Assembly: GCF_006345805.1 (NCBI RefSeq)
Contig: NC_042997.1
Coordinates: 55,614,001-55,678,000 of the forward strand
Origin: Octopus sinensis
Lineage: Eukaryota
DNA length: 64,000 bases
Direction of reading: 5' to 3'
A program made the position numbers and the translations under genes. Shown here in pieces: positions 53,757 through 64,000 of this stretch; position 1 is the first letter of the stretch; every line of letters begins with the position of its first letter. A model generated the notes under the pieces. That model searched no databases, was not told the origin of the DNA, and saw only the letters and a list, made by a program, of their open reading frames with translations.

Positions 53757-54191
53757 GCGTGTGTGTGTGTATTATATATTATATATTATATATATAACAT
53801 AATGTAAAGGAATATATATGCATAAGTTTAGGCTATTCTTAGGGCATATGGTACTGAAAAATATAAATGAAACTGAAACAGTTTTCCGTTGATAGTTCTT
53901 TTGTTGCTTTTTTTTTATATCGTACCTTGGAGAATATGTAAATAATATCCGATGTGATGTTATACCGAAGTCTCGAATGCTCATCACTCATTTCAGTTTT
54001 TTCTATTTTTAGTCAGATATGTCTTCATTATGTCTTGACTTCAATATTGAGTATAAAGTAATATAAAGCAATATAAACATGAATTGACTGTTGACCGCGT
54101 GTAGTTCAACTAACTAAATGGTATTGCAGGTCATGTGCACTACCGCTGCTTCTTATTGAATACGTGTTTCTTTTTGGCATGATGATATTTA

Positions 54192-54606
54192 AGGCAGTGA
54201 GCTGGCAGAAACGTTAGTACGCCGGGCGAAATTCTTAGCGGTATTTCGTCTGTCTTTACGTTCTGAGTTCAAATTCCGCCGAGGTCGACTTTGCCTTTCA
54301 TCCTTTCGGCGTCGATGAAATAAGTACCAGTTACGAACTGGGGTCGATACAATCGACTTAATTCGTTTGTCTGTCCTTGTTTGTCCTCTCTCTGTTTAGC
54401 CCCTTGTGGGTAGTAAAGAAATAGGTGTTTCGTCTGTCTTTACGTTCTGAGTTCGAATTCCGCCGAGGTCGACTTTGCGTTTCATTCTATCAGGGTCGAT
54501 GAAATAAGTACCAATCACGCACTGGGGTCGATATAATCGACTTAATCCGTTTGTCTGTCCTTGTTTGTCCCCTCTGTGTGTAGCTCCTTGTGGGCAGTAA
54601 AGAAAT
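54192..54606 (+). mobile_element. SINE family B (54192-54425) followed by a 5'-truncated tandem copy (54426-54606)
   Basis: Two ~90% similar copies of tttcgtctgtctttacgttctgagttc..ccttgtggg.agtaaagaaat. Confidence 0.9.
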
Positions 54607-54819
54607 GCTTCCACCACAAATGACATTGCTAAAAGAATCTGAGAATAATACCCACGCAAATATTAAAAACGATAGATATATTAAGAACAATCGGTACCTA
54701 TGAATTTATTTAGAACAGTTCCTACCACTACTGCTACAACCACAACAGGTCACTTTTAGGTCACATGATTAAAGCAGATTCCACGGACAGCCTCTACTAC
54801 TGTCTCATACCACTTCTGT

Positions 54820-55086
54820 CTTCTTCTTCTTCTTCTTCTTCTTCTCCTTCTTCTTCTTCTTCTTCTTCTTCTTCTCCTTCTTCTTCTTCTTCTTCTTCTT
54901 CTTCTTCTTCTTCTTCTTCTTCTTCTCTTCTTCTTCTTCTTCTTTTCTTCTTCTTTTTCTTTTTCTTCGCCTTCCCCTTCCTAGGCTGCTGTGCTTAAAC
55001 CATCAAACTTCAGGACCAAATATTTCTCTATACCCATAAATACTATTTTTTCAGATCTCCTACTATCGACTGAGCCTTCACAAAGA

Positions 55087-55142
<56 letters not shown>
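54820..55142. repeat. (TTC)n (54820-54970) and (AG)n (55090-55142) microsatellites
   Basis: Directly visible. Confidence 0.95.
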
Positions 55143-55147
<5 letters not shown>

Positions 55148-55344
55148 GGAAGATGTCCTGGATGTTTGAAGACTACGGGAATATTTACAAGACATTTGTT
55201 TTAATTCTTTCTTCAATCTAATTGTTTTTCTTCTTAATATCTACCTTTGTTTACACTTACTGAAAAAGTCGAAAATCTATTTCATGCTAAAATTATTTTA
55301 GCATTTTCTACCTTGTCTTATTTTCCTTAGATATACATACTTAC

Positions 55345-55417
<73 letters not shown>

Positions 55418-55479
55418 ATATAATATATATATATATATATATATGTATATGTACATGTATATGTATATGTATAGTATAT

Positions 55480-55920
55480 GTATATGTAAAAAATACAAAC
55501 TGGGACAAGAACGCAAAACATTTAGAAGACAATACAAAAAACACGGACGGGACATTCGAAGCCTTCAATCTTCAGTCAAGAACCGGATCATCCTCGCAAT
55601 TTCGGCTGATTAATCTTGAGATTGCTCCGACCTGGCCAGCCCCAAAGGAAAATCTAAGCCAAGCGCATTAGATTCCTTGGAAGAAGGCCTCGAATGTATA
55701 CAAAACAAGGACGGGAACGAATAAGAATACAAAAATACGTAAAAATAATAATGATAACACGAATAAGAATTCGAAAATACGTAAAAACAATAATGATAAT
55801 AATAATAACAAAAACAGGACGTCACAGACAGGCGTCTTTTCGACAGGACGGGTGAACTTGAGCTGGCGCATTAGAAAAATGTCTTGAGGCGAAGAGAGAA
55901 AAAATGTGTCCAAAGTTAGT
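55480..55920 (-). repeat. Interspersed repeat (family of 31050-31312) with an internal ~42-bp tandem duplication
   Basis: gaataagaat.c.aaaatacgtaaaaa.aataatgataa occurs twice at ~55718-55800. Confidence 0.65.
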
Positions 55921-56261
55921 CACGTGTGAGGAGAAGAGAGAGGAAAAGAGGAACAGAGGAAGAGAAAAAAAGGGGAACAAGGAACAAAGGAGGAGGAGAA
56001 GAGAGAGAGAGAGTGAGAGAGAGAGAGAGAAAGAGACAGATCAAAGTGGAGTGCAAAGTGTGAAAAGCAGAGAAATGTAGGAGAGGGGGAGGAGAGAGGG
56101 ACAGTGTTATAGAGTTGTACCAAGTTTATACATATATACGTATATATATATATACATATATATATATACATATATATATAAAATATATACATATATATGT
56201 ATGTATGTATATTATATATATGCATACATATGTAATATATATATATATATATTATATATAT

Positions 56262-56344
<83 letters not shown>

Positions 56345-56617
56345 ATATATAACTAATTAATAAGGGTGAGAGAATTAGATACTAATTAATAGTATATCTA
56401 TTCTACACCAAGTGGCCTAGTGCTCCGAGAAACCTGGATTATTATAATATTATAATATATTACAATATTTTACGAAATAAATATAAGAGAGTGGTCACTA
56501 TATGGCTCACTCTAGCACCGTAATCCAAAAGGTTTCAACCACAAAAATACATGTTTCCATGAAAGTCAGTACGATTGTTAGCTCACACGGACAGGGCAAT
56601 AAAAAATAACAAAAATA

Positions 56618-56710
56618 CAGATTATTTTGGGACAATTGTTTCGCTATTAATGAATTAATGTAATTTTACTTACAAAAAAATCCACGTAGCTCGTCAGCCA
56701 AAACTATCTG
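56618..56710 (-). ncRNA. Intact type I hammerhead ribozyme; predicted cleavage between 56631 and 56630
   Basis: cagauaguuuugg-CUGACGA-gcua..uagc-GAAAC-AAUU-GUC-ccaaaauaaucug. 13-bp stem I (1 mismatch, 1 G:U), G10.1-C11.1, palindromic stem III ACAAUUGU. Confidence 0.88.
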
Positions 56711-56803
56711 GATGAAATCCACTTAATCACACGCCAGTTTACCATAACGATAAATACGCGTGTGGTTATGGTAAAATCTGGCGTGTGATTGAGTGGATTC
56801 ATC

Positions 56804-56895
56804 CAGATAGTTTGCTGACGAGCTACAAGTGGATTTTTTGTAAGTAAAATTACATTTAATCATTAATAGCGAAACAATTGTCCCAAAATAATCTG
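56804..56895 (+). ncRNA. Second type I hammerhead copy with a 2-nt deletion in stem I; predicted cleavage after 56882
   Basis: cagauaguuug-CUGACGA (56815-21)-gcua..uagc-GAAAC (56871-75)-AAUU-GUC-ccaaaauaaucug. Confidence 0.75.
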
Positions 56896-57038
56896 TATTT
56901 TTTATTTTTTATTTGCCATGTCAGTGTGGCTAACAATCGTACTGACTTTCATGGGAAACATGTATTTTTGTGGTTGAAACCTTTTGGATTAACTGGTGCT
57001 AGAGTGAGCCATATAGTGACCACTCTCTTATATTTATT

Positions 57039-57070
<32 letters not shown>

Positions 57071-57085
57071 AATATATATATAGGG

Positions 57086-57160
57086 CTAGTTCGACGAGTC
57101 GTGTTCTGTCCTCACCTTCGAAACACGCTGGAGTTGAACTAGGGACAGCTGATGAAGGGG
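57086..57160 (+). ncRNA. Candidate hammerhead with permuted strand order (speculative)
   Basis: CGUGU-U-CUGUCC (57100-11), ccuuc-GAAACACG (57115-27), GGACAG-CUGAUGA-agggg (57143-60). Confidence 0.35.
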
Positions 57161-57467
57161 ATTTTTCCTTGTGTAGTTTGTCCAGTACTCTGTTTTTTTT
57201 TTCTTTGTAAAAATAAGGTTCGTTCCATGCTTATTTTTACGTTTTCGTTCTCGTTGAGTTCTGCGTCTATTTGTGATGTCCTGTACTCACGTATATATAT
57301 TTATATATGCATGTATATATACATGTAGATGTAGGTACGTACATATATGTATGTATGTATGCATATATTTTATTTATTACACTATGTATGACTGAGCGCC
57401 TTCGCGTAGATTCGATTTGATTCGTTCCGTTCGTTCGTTTTTTCTTCTTCTTCTTCCCCCAGTACAG

Positions 57468-57517
<50 letters not shown>

Positions 57518-57570
57518 GTTTAAATATTTATTGTGCAAGATTTTTTATGTGAAGTCGTGTGTTGAAACAG

Positions 57571-57880
57571 ATATTGTTATATTTCGGAATGGTCAATTTG
57601 CCAGTTTAGCCAATAAAAACACACGCACTATATATTTGGTGTTACTTTGCTTCAGTGTTATTTATTTTTTACATTAATCTAGTAAGGAGAGACACAAATA
57701 ACTGAGAAGAAAACAAAGGACCACTGATGCGGTCACAGGAGTGTGACGAAAGAACTATGGCCGAAATAAGATTAAGATTAATGTAAAAAATAAATAACAC
57801 TGAAGCAAAGTAACACCAAATATATAGTGCGTGTGTTTTTATTAGCTAAACTGGCAAAATGACCATTCCGAAATATAACA

Positions 57881-57884
<4 letters not shown>
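57571..57884. mobile_element. 110-bp inverted repeat (2 mismatches) around a 94-nt spacer holding a degenerate HHR (57718-57762, +)
   Basis: 57571-57680 pairs with 57775-57884; spacer reads ggacca-CUGAUGC-G-gucaca-ggag-ugugac-GAAAG-AA-CUA-uggcc. Confidence 0.7.
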
Positions 57885-57942
<58 letters not shown>

Positions 57943-58011
57943 ATATTGAATATATATTTATATACACACGACGCATGTGTGTAAAAGATAGATAGGTAGT
58001 GTTGTCAACAT

Positions 58012-58130
58012 AGTTTCCGTCTACCAAATCCACTCAGAAGGCTTTGGTTGACCCGAGGTTTTTGTAGAAGACACTTGCCCAATGTGCCACAATGTGGGAC
58101 TGAACCCCGATACATGTAGTTGGGAAGCAT
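58012..58130 (-). mobile_element. SINE family A, diverged
   Basis: tttccgtctaccaaatccactca.aaggctttggt..acccgagg..gtagaagacacttgcccaa.gtgccac..tgggactgaaccc. Confidence 0.85.
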
Positions 58131-59390
58131 TACGGGAAGCAAGATTTTTAGCTGCCAAAGTACGCACACGTGAGCGTGTGTGTGTGTGTGCGCGCGCTTA
58201 CGTGTGCGTACTTAAGCCAAAAATTAAAACCATATATTGAAGAAGTGCGCATGCCAGGGCTCTGTTTTCAGCTGTCGCTCATAAAAATATTAAAGATTTC
58301 TATTGAAATTCGATCTCTTAATTGCATTCACTTGTATATATCAGGAATGCATTGCACGTCTTGCGTTCAGGCCACTCATATACATGTGCACCTGTGTGCG
58401 TATGTTCACACACAAATATGAAAGTGAGAGAGAGAGAGAGAGAAAAAGACAGATAGACAGACAGACAGACAGCAGACAGTCAGGCAGACAGTTGAATCGT
58501 TCTCATAGCATTTCCTGCCGTTGGGGCACAGGAATTTAATCTCCATTTGTCATTTGCAGTTAATTTATGCTATAAATTTTGAAATCTAACATAATAATCA
58601 CAGAATTATAAACTCAGGAATTAAATAGGAAAATATTCTTGTTTGCGTGATAAAGATGAACTGATGAAGAGAACAAAATGTGGCGTAATTGTTTTCTTCG
58701 AATTAGTATTTATATTTTAGTAAATTCTTAATCTGTTTTGATTTTTGCTGCATTAAATTGTATTCTCAACAATGGGAAATGATATTTATTATTGCATAAA
58801 TTCAAGCATATTCAAGTGCATTTATAAATAGCATGAATGTGTTCTTTAATTCTCACGAACAAGCACACACAATATAAAAAGTGGCATATTCCATTTACTG
58901 ATGCTATCATGTATCGCTACGCTTGTGAGGTTTGTTATCAAACAAGAAACAAAAAAAAATCACAAATACGTTACTTTTCAACTAGAATAATTCGGGGGAG
59001 TTGTACTAATGCTGATGAAGCCATTTATTTCCGACTTCACAAGAAATCTTTGAACAACCAAAGCTCTTTCTAAATATTTTTTATGTATTAGCTACTTCAA
59101 TACCTCTTACACAACCTTCTCAGTTCACTTTAACCTAACAAGGCAGTTCCTGACAGTACCCCTTTCACTAACTTCTGATTATGCACTCCGGAGATATATC
59201 CTATCCAAGTTAAATATTTTCAGCTTTTTCTTTCTTGGGGGATACATTCTAAGCAGTGGAAACTACCCCCAGAATCTTGGTAAGAGCAACCTTATTGACC
59301 CTATTAATTACATATTTATAATATTCGACATCTTAATGTAAAGGAGACCAATATAAGCAATAACCTCATTTATCGCCTACAGTCCTAACT

Positions 59391-59446
<56 letters not shown>

Positions 59447-59479
59447 TATTTACTTTCTCTTTGCAGGCCACTATTATAA

Positions 59480-60190
59480 ATTCCGCAAAACCATAGCTAC
59501 TGCTGAAAAATACCGGTCCCTCATTCTTGAAATGTTCATTAATATCAATGTTGTTCCACTTGATATCAGAATACCTGCCCCCGTCACTTACATTCGCTGA
59601 TAGAGCTCTCTCCCATCAATAAGCTCATTGTCCTGGAGGAGCCTCTAAGTCCATTTACACCTCTCACAACCTTCATGAACGACCTATTCACTGTCATCTC
59701 AAACGATATACATGCATATGAAAATGAAAGCATCCTCTATACATTCTTAACCTTCCACACTCTCTACCTAGATAACACACACCAGATATGCAATGCATTC
59801 GTTAACAAAGGCAGAAAACTCATTCCGAAATGAAGAGAGAAAAATATCCTTTAAATGTACTTAGATACAGTGTCTTGCACATACCCATGAAACATTCTGG
59901 TTACACATTATCTCAACAAATAAACGACATCCATTTAAAGCTCTTAGAAACTTCTGGGTTTCTCTTTAGAACCTGAAAATTCTTCAACTTATATTAGTGA
60001 TTTACTTTATAACACACACATTAAATGTAACACACTTTAAACATACACACATTATAACACACACATTAAAGTAACACATTAAAAAACTTCGCATCTACTG
60101 GACGAGCATCTGCTACGCTTACAGACACAACCACTTTCCTAGCAAGCTTCATACTACATCCACTCTACCTATCCTTGGCTTTTGTACATC
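59480..60190 (+). mobile_element. Decayed LINE RT and 3' fragment
   Basis: PLSPFT..FMNDLFTVISNDIHAYENESIL resembles SPTLFLLFINDLLS..IHSYADDSTL. Confidence 0.5.
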
Positions 60191-60365
60191 TATAAACACA
60201 CACAGACATTTCGCTTGATCTTTTATACCCATAAAAAAAACTTTTTTAAGAACTCAATTCACACACACTCATGTATTTATCAATGTATCAATTTACCTAT
60301 GTATCAATTTATATATGAAGCTATATATCTATGAATATAAGAATCTAAGAATTTGTCTGTCTAAC

Positions 60366-60495
60366 ACAGGTATGGCTGTGCGTTTAAGAAGCTCACTTTG
60401 CAATCACGTGGTTTCGAGTTCAGTCTCACTGTACGGATCCTTGGACAAGTGTCTTCAGGAATAACCTCAAGCCAACCAATGCCTTTGTAAGTAAA
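60366..60495 (+). mobile_element. Old SINE family A-related copy
   Basis: ggctgtgcgtttaagaagctcactttgcaatcacgtggtttcgagttcagtctcactg..ccttggacaagtgtcttc. Confidence 0.65.
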
Positions 60496-62289
60496 ATTGG
60501 CTCGACTGCCGGCCGCGAAGCATCTCTTATCTTCCTGTCTCATGACTTTCATCTTTTATGTATATCTCCTAAGTTCCTGCCTCAAAGCTTTTACTCTACA
60601 CATGCCAGATCAACTTGATTCGTCTCTATTAGTCGAAAGACACCTGTTGTTATTTTCTTGTTGTTAGTATTGTGTAACATTTTCGCCGCTTTTTGTTTCT
60701 TTTTTCGTTCTTTTTTGTCTTTGTTGTCATACACATTCGCTTGCTTTCTTAGACAACCATAAATAAACTTCGTGCATGTGTGCGTATGTATGTGCATGTA
60801 TGTGCTTATTTGAGTATGTATTCCAACATTAAAATCTCTATAACAAATTTTAAAAGGTTTGTTTCCCATCTATTATAAAAGTTACAAGATGAATATGCAA
60901 TTCTGTGACTGATTCAGTTTCTTTGTTCTTAGCATGTTGACAAAACAAATTATTGCCGAAGAATTGGTTTCGAAATGGTATATGTGTTTGAGACAGACCT
61001 CCAAGTAAAGTACTTGCAAATGACTGAACTTCTGTTATAGAGAGAGATAGACTTGCTTATCTGTTGTTTAGAACTTTGAACACTAGATATTATCCAACTT
61101 CATAAACTATACATGACCTGCAAAGAAATTGTAGAAAAACATATGTTTGTCCGTCACAACATATGTGTAGAAAGACAGAAGAAAAAGCTGTTGTTGAGTG
61201 AGAAATACAGTGAGAGAGAGGGTGAGAGAGAGAGAATGAAAGACTGTTTGTGTGTGCCTGTGTGTGTGTGTGTGAGTGTGTGTATGTGTGTGTGTGTGCG
61301 TAAAAGGTGTGTGCGTAAAACGCGAGAATCTTAAGTGCAACACTGTCAACGCAACGCAACAGTCTTGAAAAGAATATATATATATGCACTCATCCACACG
61401 CAATAAATGTAGTTATTGGAGGGGTTGTATGTGCGTGTGTGTGTGCTCGTGTGCGTGTGAACGTGTGTGTATGTGTGTGTGCGTGTGTGTGTGTGGCCGA
61501 CGTGCTAACGATTCTACCAGTTCAAAACAGAAACGTGACGGACACAGTGAAACCCTGAAGTAAATGTTTTACATTATTTATAAACACTTCTACAGTTTTA
61601 AAGACAGAAGTATAGTAACATAGAGGAAACATTTAACGCTTTGAGTAATACTTTTCATTGGTAAGATTTTATGAATGTAGACTGCTACTCAAAAAATTAG
61701 TCTGCTGTTCATCTTCACAGTAAACTAACAAACTCTAATTTTGAACTGTTTATACTCATTATTCGATGACACAAACAATCTTTGTTTTTCTCAGAATCTA
61801 TTGTTTGCCTTACAGTAGGCAGTTTGTACCCTTGATCTTAAATCCTATTTAGTAACAACGTTGGTAATCATTACTCCGTGATCGATAAACAACCCCCAAT
61901 CAACTTTGCTGCTTCTTCATAAACTTTTGGTATCTGGTGAAGTTCAAAAAAATATTATCAAATAATATAAGTTATTTAGTGCAGAATGGTTAATGCGTCT
62001 AATCATTTTTGATTTGATTAATATGCGTCCAAAAAACAAAAATAAATAAAGATACGAGGAAATAAAAATAGTTCCTGGAGACTCTATGAGGGTCTACGAG
62101 GATATATAACTTTATGAAATGACCAGTAATGACTATATTTAAATGAGTGGGCATATTTTTTCTCGACATAGGAATTGATCAGCAGTTCTTTCGAATACAT
62201 ATAAGAAGTATGTTATTTCATATTTTAAGCCATGGTTGACTTAATAATATATCAGCTTTTCTGTATCTATAGTAACAGCTTAGGGGCGG

Positions 62290-62420
62290 AATTCATCATT
62301 CGAATGGCCTTCGATAAGATATGGCATGTAAATTCCTTTGTGAGATGCTTTCTTATGGAATCCATTCAATTGATTCTTATTAGCTGGCTGGTTTTCTAGC
62401 TATTTCACTCTATTAGTTGA
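62290..62420 (+). mobile_element. Short decayed LINE RT fragment
   Basis: AFDKIWHVN..FSYGIHS resembles KAFDKVWH..SYGIH. Confidence 0.4.
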
Positions 62421-64000
62421 ATTCCATCTAAAAACAAAAATGAAGGTACATACAGAATTTCTGCAATTTTTATTTTTTCCAGTAATACACTTTTATCAAA
62501 ATGAAGTAATCCAAATTTTAGTTGAAGTTAGGATACTACAGATATGCCATCAACATTACTGGGATAAAATATATTCTACAAAAGACTATTTTTCCTCTTA
62601 GAAGAGTTTTCCTTGTTTTTAATATTGTGTCTACTTTCCCACACTAAGCCCTATGACTAATCTTTCTTTCTAGAGTGTCAGGTATCTGAAGTTCCTTTTT
62701 AGACAAAATAATCTTTTCCTGCAGTTATCGGCTAACAAATCAACCTCAGAAGCTGTCTCGAATGATTTGAGAAGGTGATATTTCTGAACCATTTTTTCGG
62801 GCCAAATCATTAAAAAGGAAAGAATACACTACTACCAACTTCCTCGTGTTGAATTTAGCATTAAATGTTCATTCGTTTTTAGTTCTTCCCTTAATTCCTC
62901 AAACACTTTTCAGGGTCTTGGGGACATCATAAGTAATCTATTTAAAACCACTGCCAAAATGAAGTCGTGTGGGTTCCTGTTATTTTATTTCTTTTTCGCT
63001 TATTTTATGAAACTTTTAATTATTTGCTTCTGTAGATTTTTGAATTTGCTTTCACAATTCCAGTACAGTAAATAGGGAGCCTTCTCCTCACATGATAAAG
63101 TAATGCATGATACCAATCAACCAACGTTCTGAATAGTATGCAAATACATTCTTCACAAGAAGAACTTTATTGCAAGACGCCCAACAGCCAGACCTTCAAA
63201 CTTAGTTGAGCACTGAAAACCAAAATGTGAAAGAGCAAGAAGCTTTATAAAAATATGAACATGCAATTAGTGTGTGTACGGTCTTTTGCAAGATCGGTGA
63301 CTTTGATAAACTTATTGACAAGATATATTTACATTAATGACAATATTGACTCGATTTCTGCACGTATTCCAGGCTAAGAAATTCGTGTTACTACAAGCAT
63401 TGATGACTGGTTAAGTTTACGCAATGCATTAAATTTATGAAAACTTTCTCCAATACAGGTGATAATACTTACTTTATTCTAGAGAACTCATTTATCTTCA
63501 TGAAGATCGAATGTTTTGTGGTGGTTCCATGTTCAGTATTTCCATCTAACAAAGCAGCCTCTGCATGTTCGCTTCAGATACAAGAATAGCTGCCAACTTT
63601 CCCTCAAATTAAAATCTAGCGTCTTATATAAAGGACAGTTGATAATATTTTCCTTGATATCCAAATAAACGGAATGGTCATGGTTGGAACTCCTTTTGTC
63701 ATAAATTTTCTTGACCAAGATTGGCTTGATATTAATCACCAACACGTAGAAAAGGGAACTTAAATCTGAAGTTTGCTTTTGCTTTATTCTTCGTTGATAA
63801 TAAACAACAGAATAAAAAAGGAAACCACGTTTCTTGAGGGAATTTCTTTTCTTATTAGATGAAGAAGCAACTTCTGGGAAAGATCGTGAAACGAAGGCAT
63901 CCATCATGATATCTTAATAGTTTGAATGCATGAATTTGTAAGTGGCATGAGGGTATGCTATATTCAGGATTGACTGCTTTGGTTATTTCTCTGTTCTACA

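Larger units (their letters stand above)
56350..57039. mobile_element. Penelope-type inverted pseudo-LTR pair: ~274-bp arms (56475-56748 and 56765-57039), 16-nt spacer, one-sided tail 56350-56474
   Basis: Arms are near-perfect reverse complements; (TA)n on both flanks; each arm carries an HHR. Confidence 0.85.

Noticed and set aside
62420-63907. Unique-looking tail of the window including ORF 63533-63907
   Set aside because: No motif I can recognise; stops in all frames around it; possibly an old transposon, but I cannot support a call.

Overview
AT-rich, repeat-saturated animal DNA, most likely intergenic or intronic octopus (cephalopod) sequence. That call rests on three abundant tRNA-derived SINE families and very dense microsatellites, recognised from memory and not by a search. 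I find no supportable host protein-coding exon, rRNA, functional tRNA or CRISPR array. Most of the ORF track is translated microsatellite, and the rest is decayed transposon protein: Penelope GIY-YIG, Tx1/L1, RTE and CR1/Jockey-type RT, Tc1 and mariner transposases. The main unexplained signal is a cluster of at least seven type I hammerhead-ribozyme (HHR) or HHR-derived elements from several unrelated small non-coding families, most in or next to (TA)n tracts and built as inverted or direct pseudo-LTR pairs. The best case is a 797-bp retrozyme-like element at 28341-29137 with identical 206-bp terminal direct repeats, one intact HHR and a predicted 591-nt monomer/circle. Next are a 565-bp fold-back with one HHR on each strand (56475-57039) and a candidate HHR whose three strand segments occur in a non-canonical, permuted order (57086-57160). 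All RNA structures were paired by eye; none was computed or tested.
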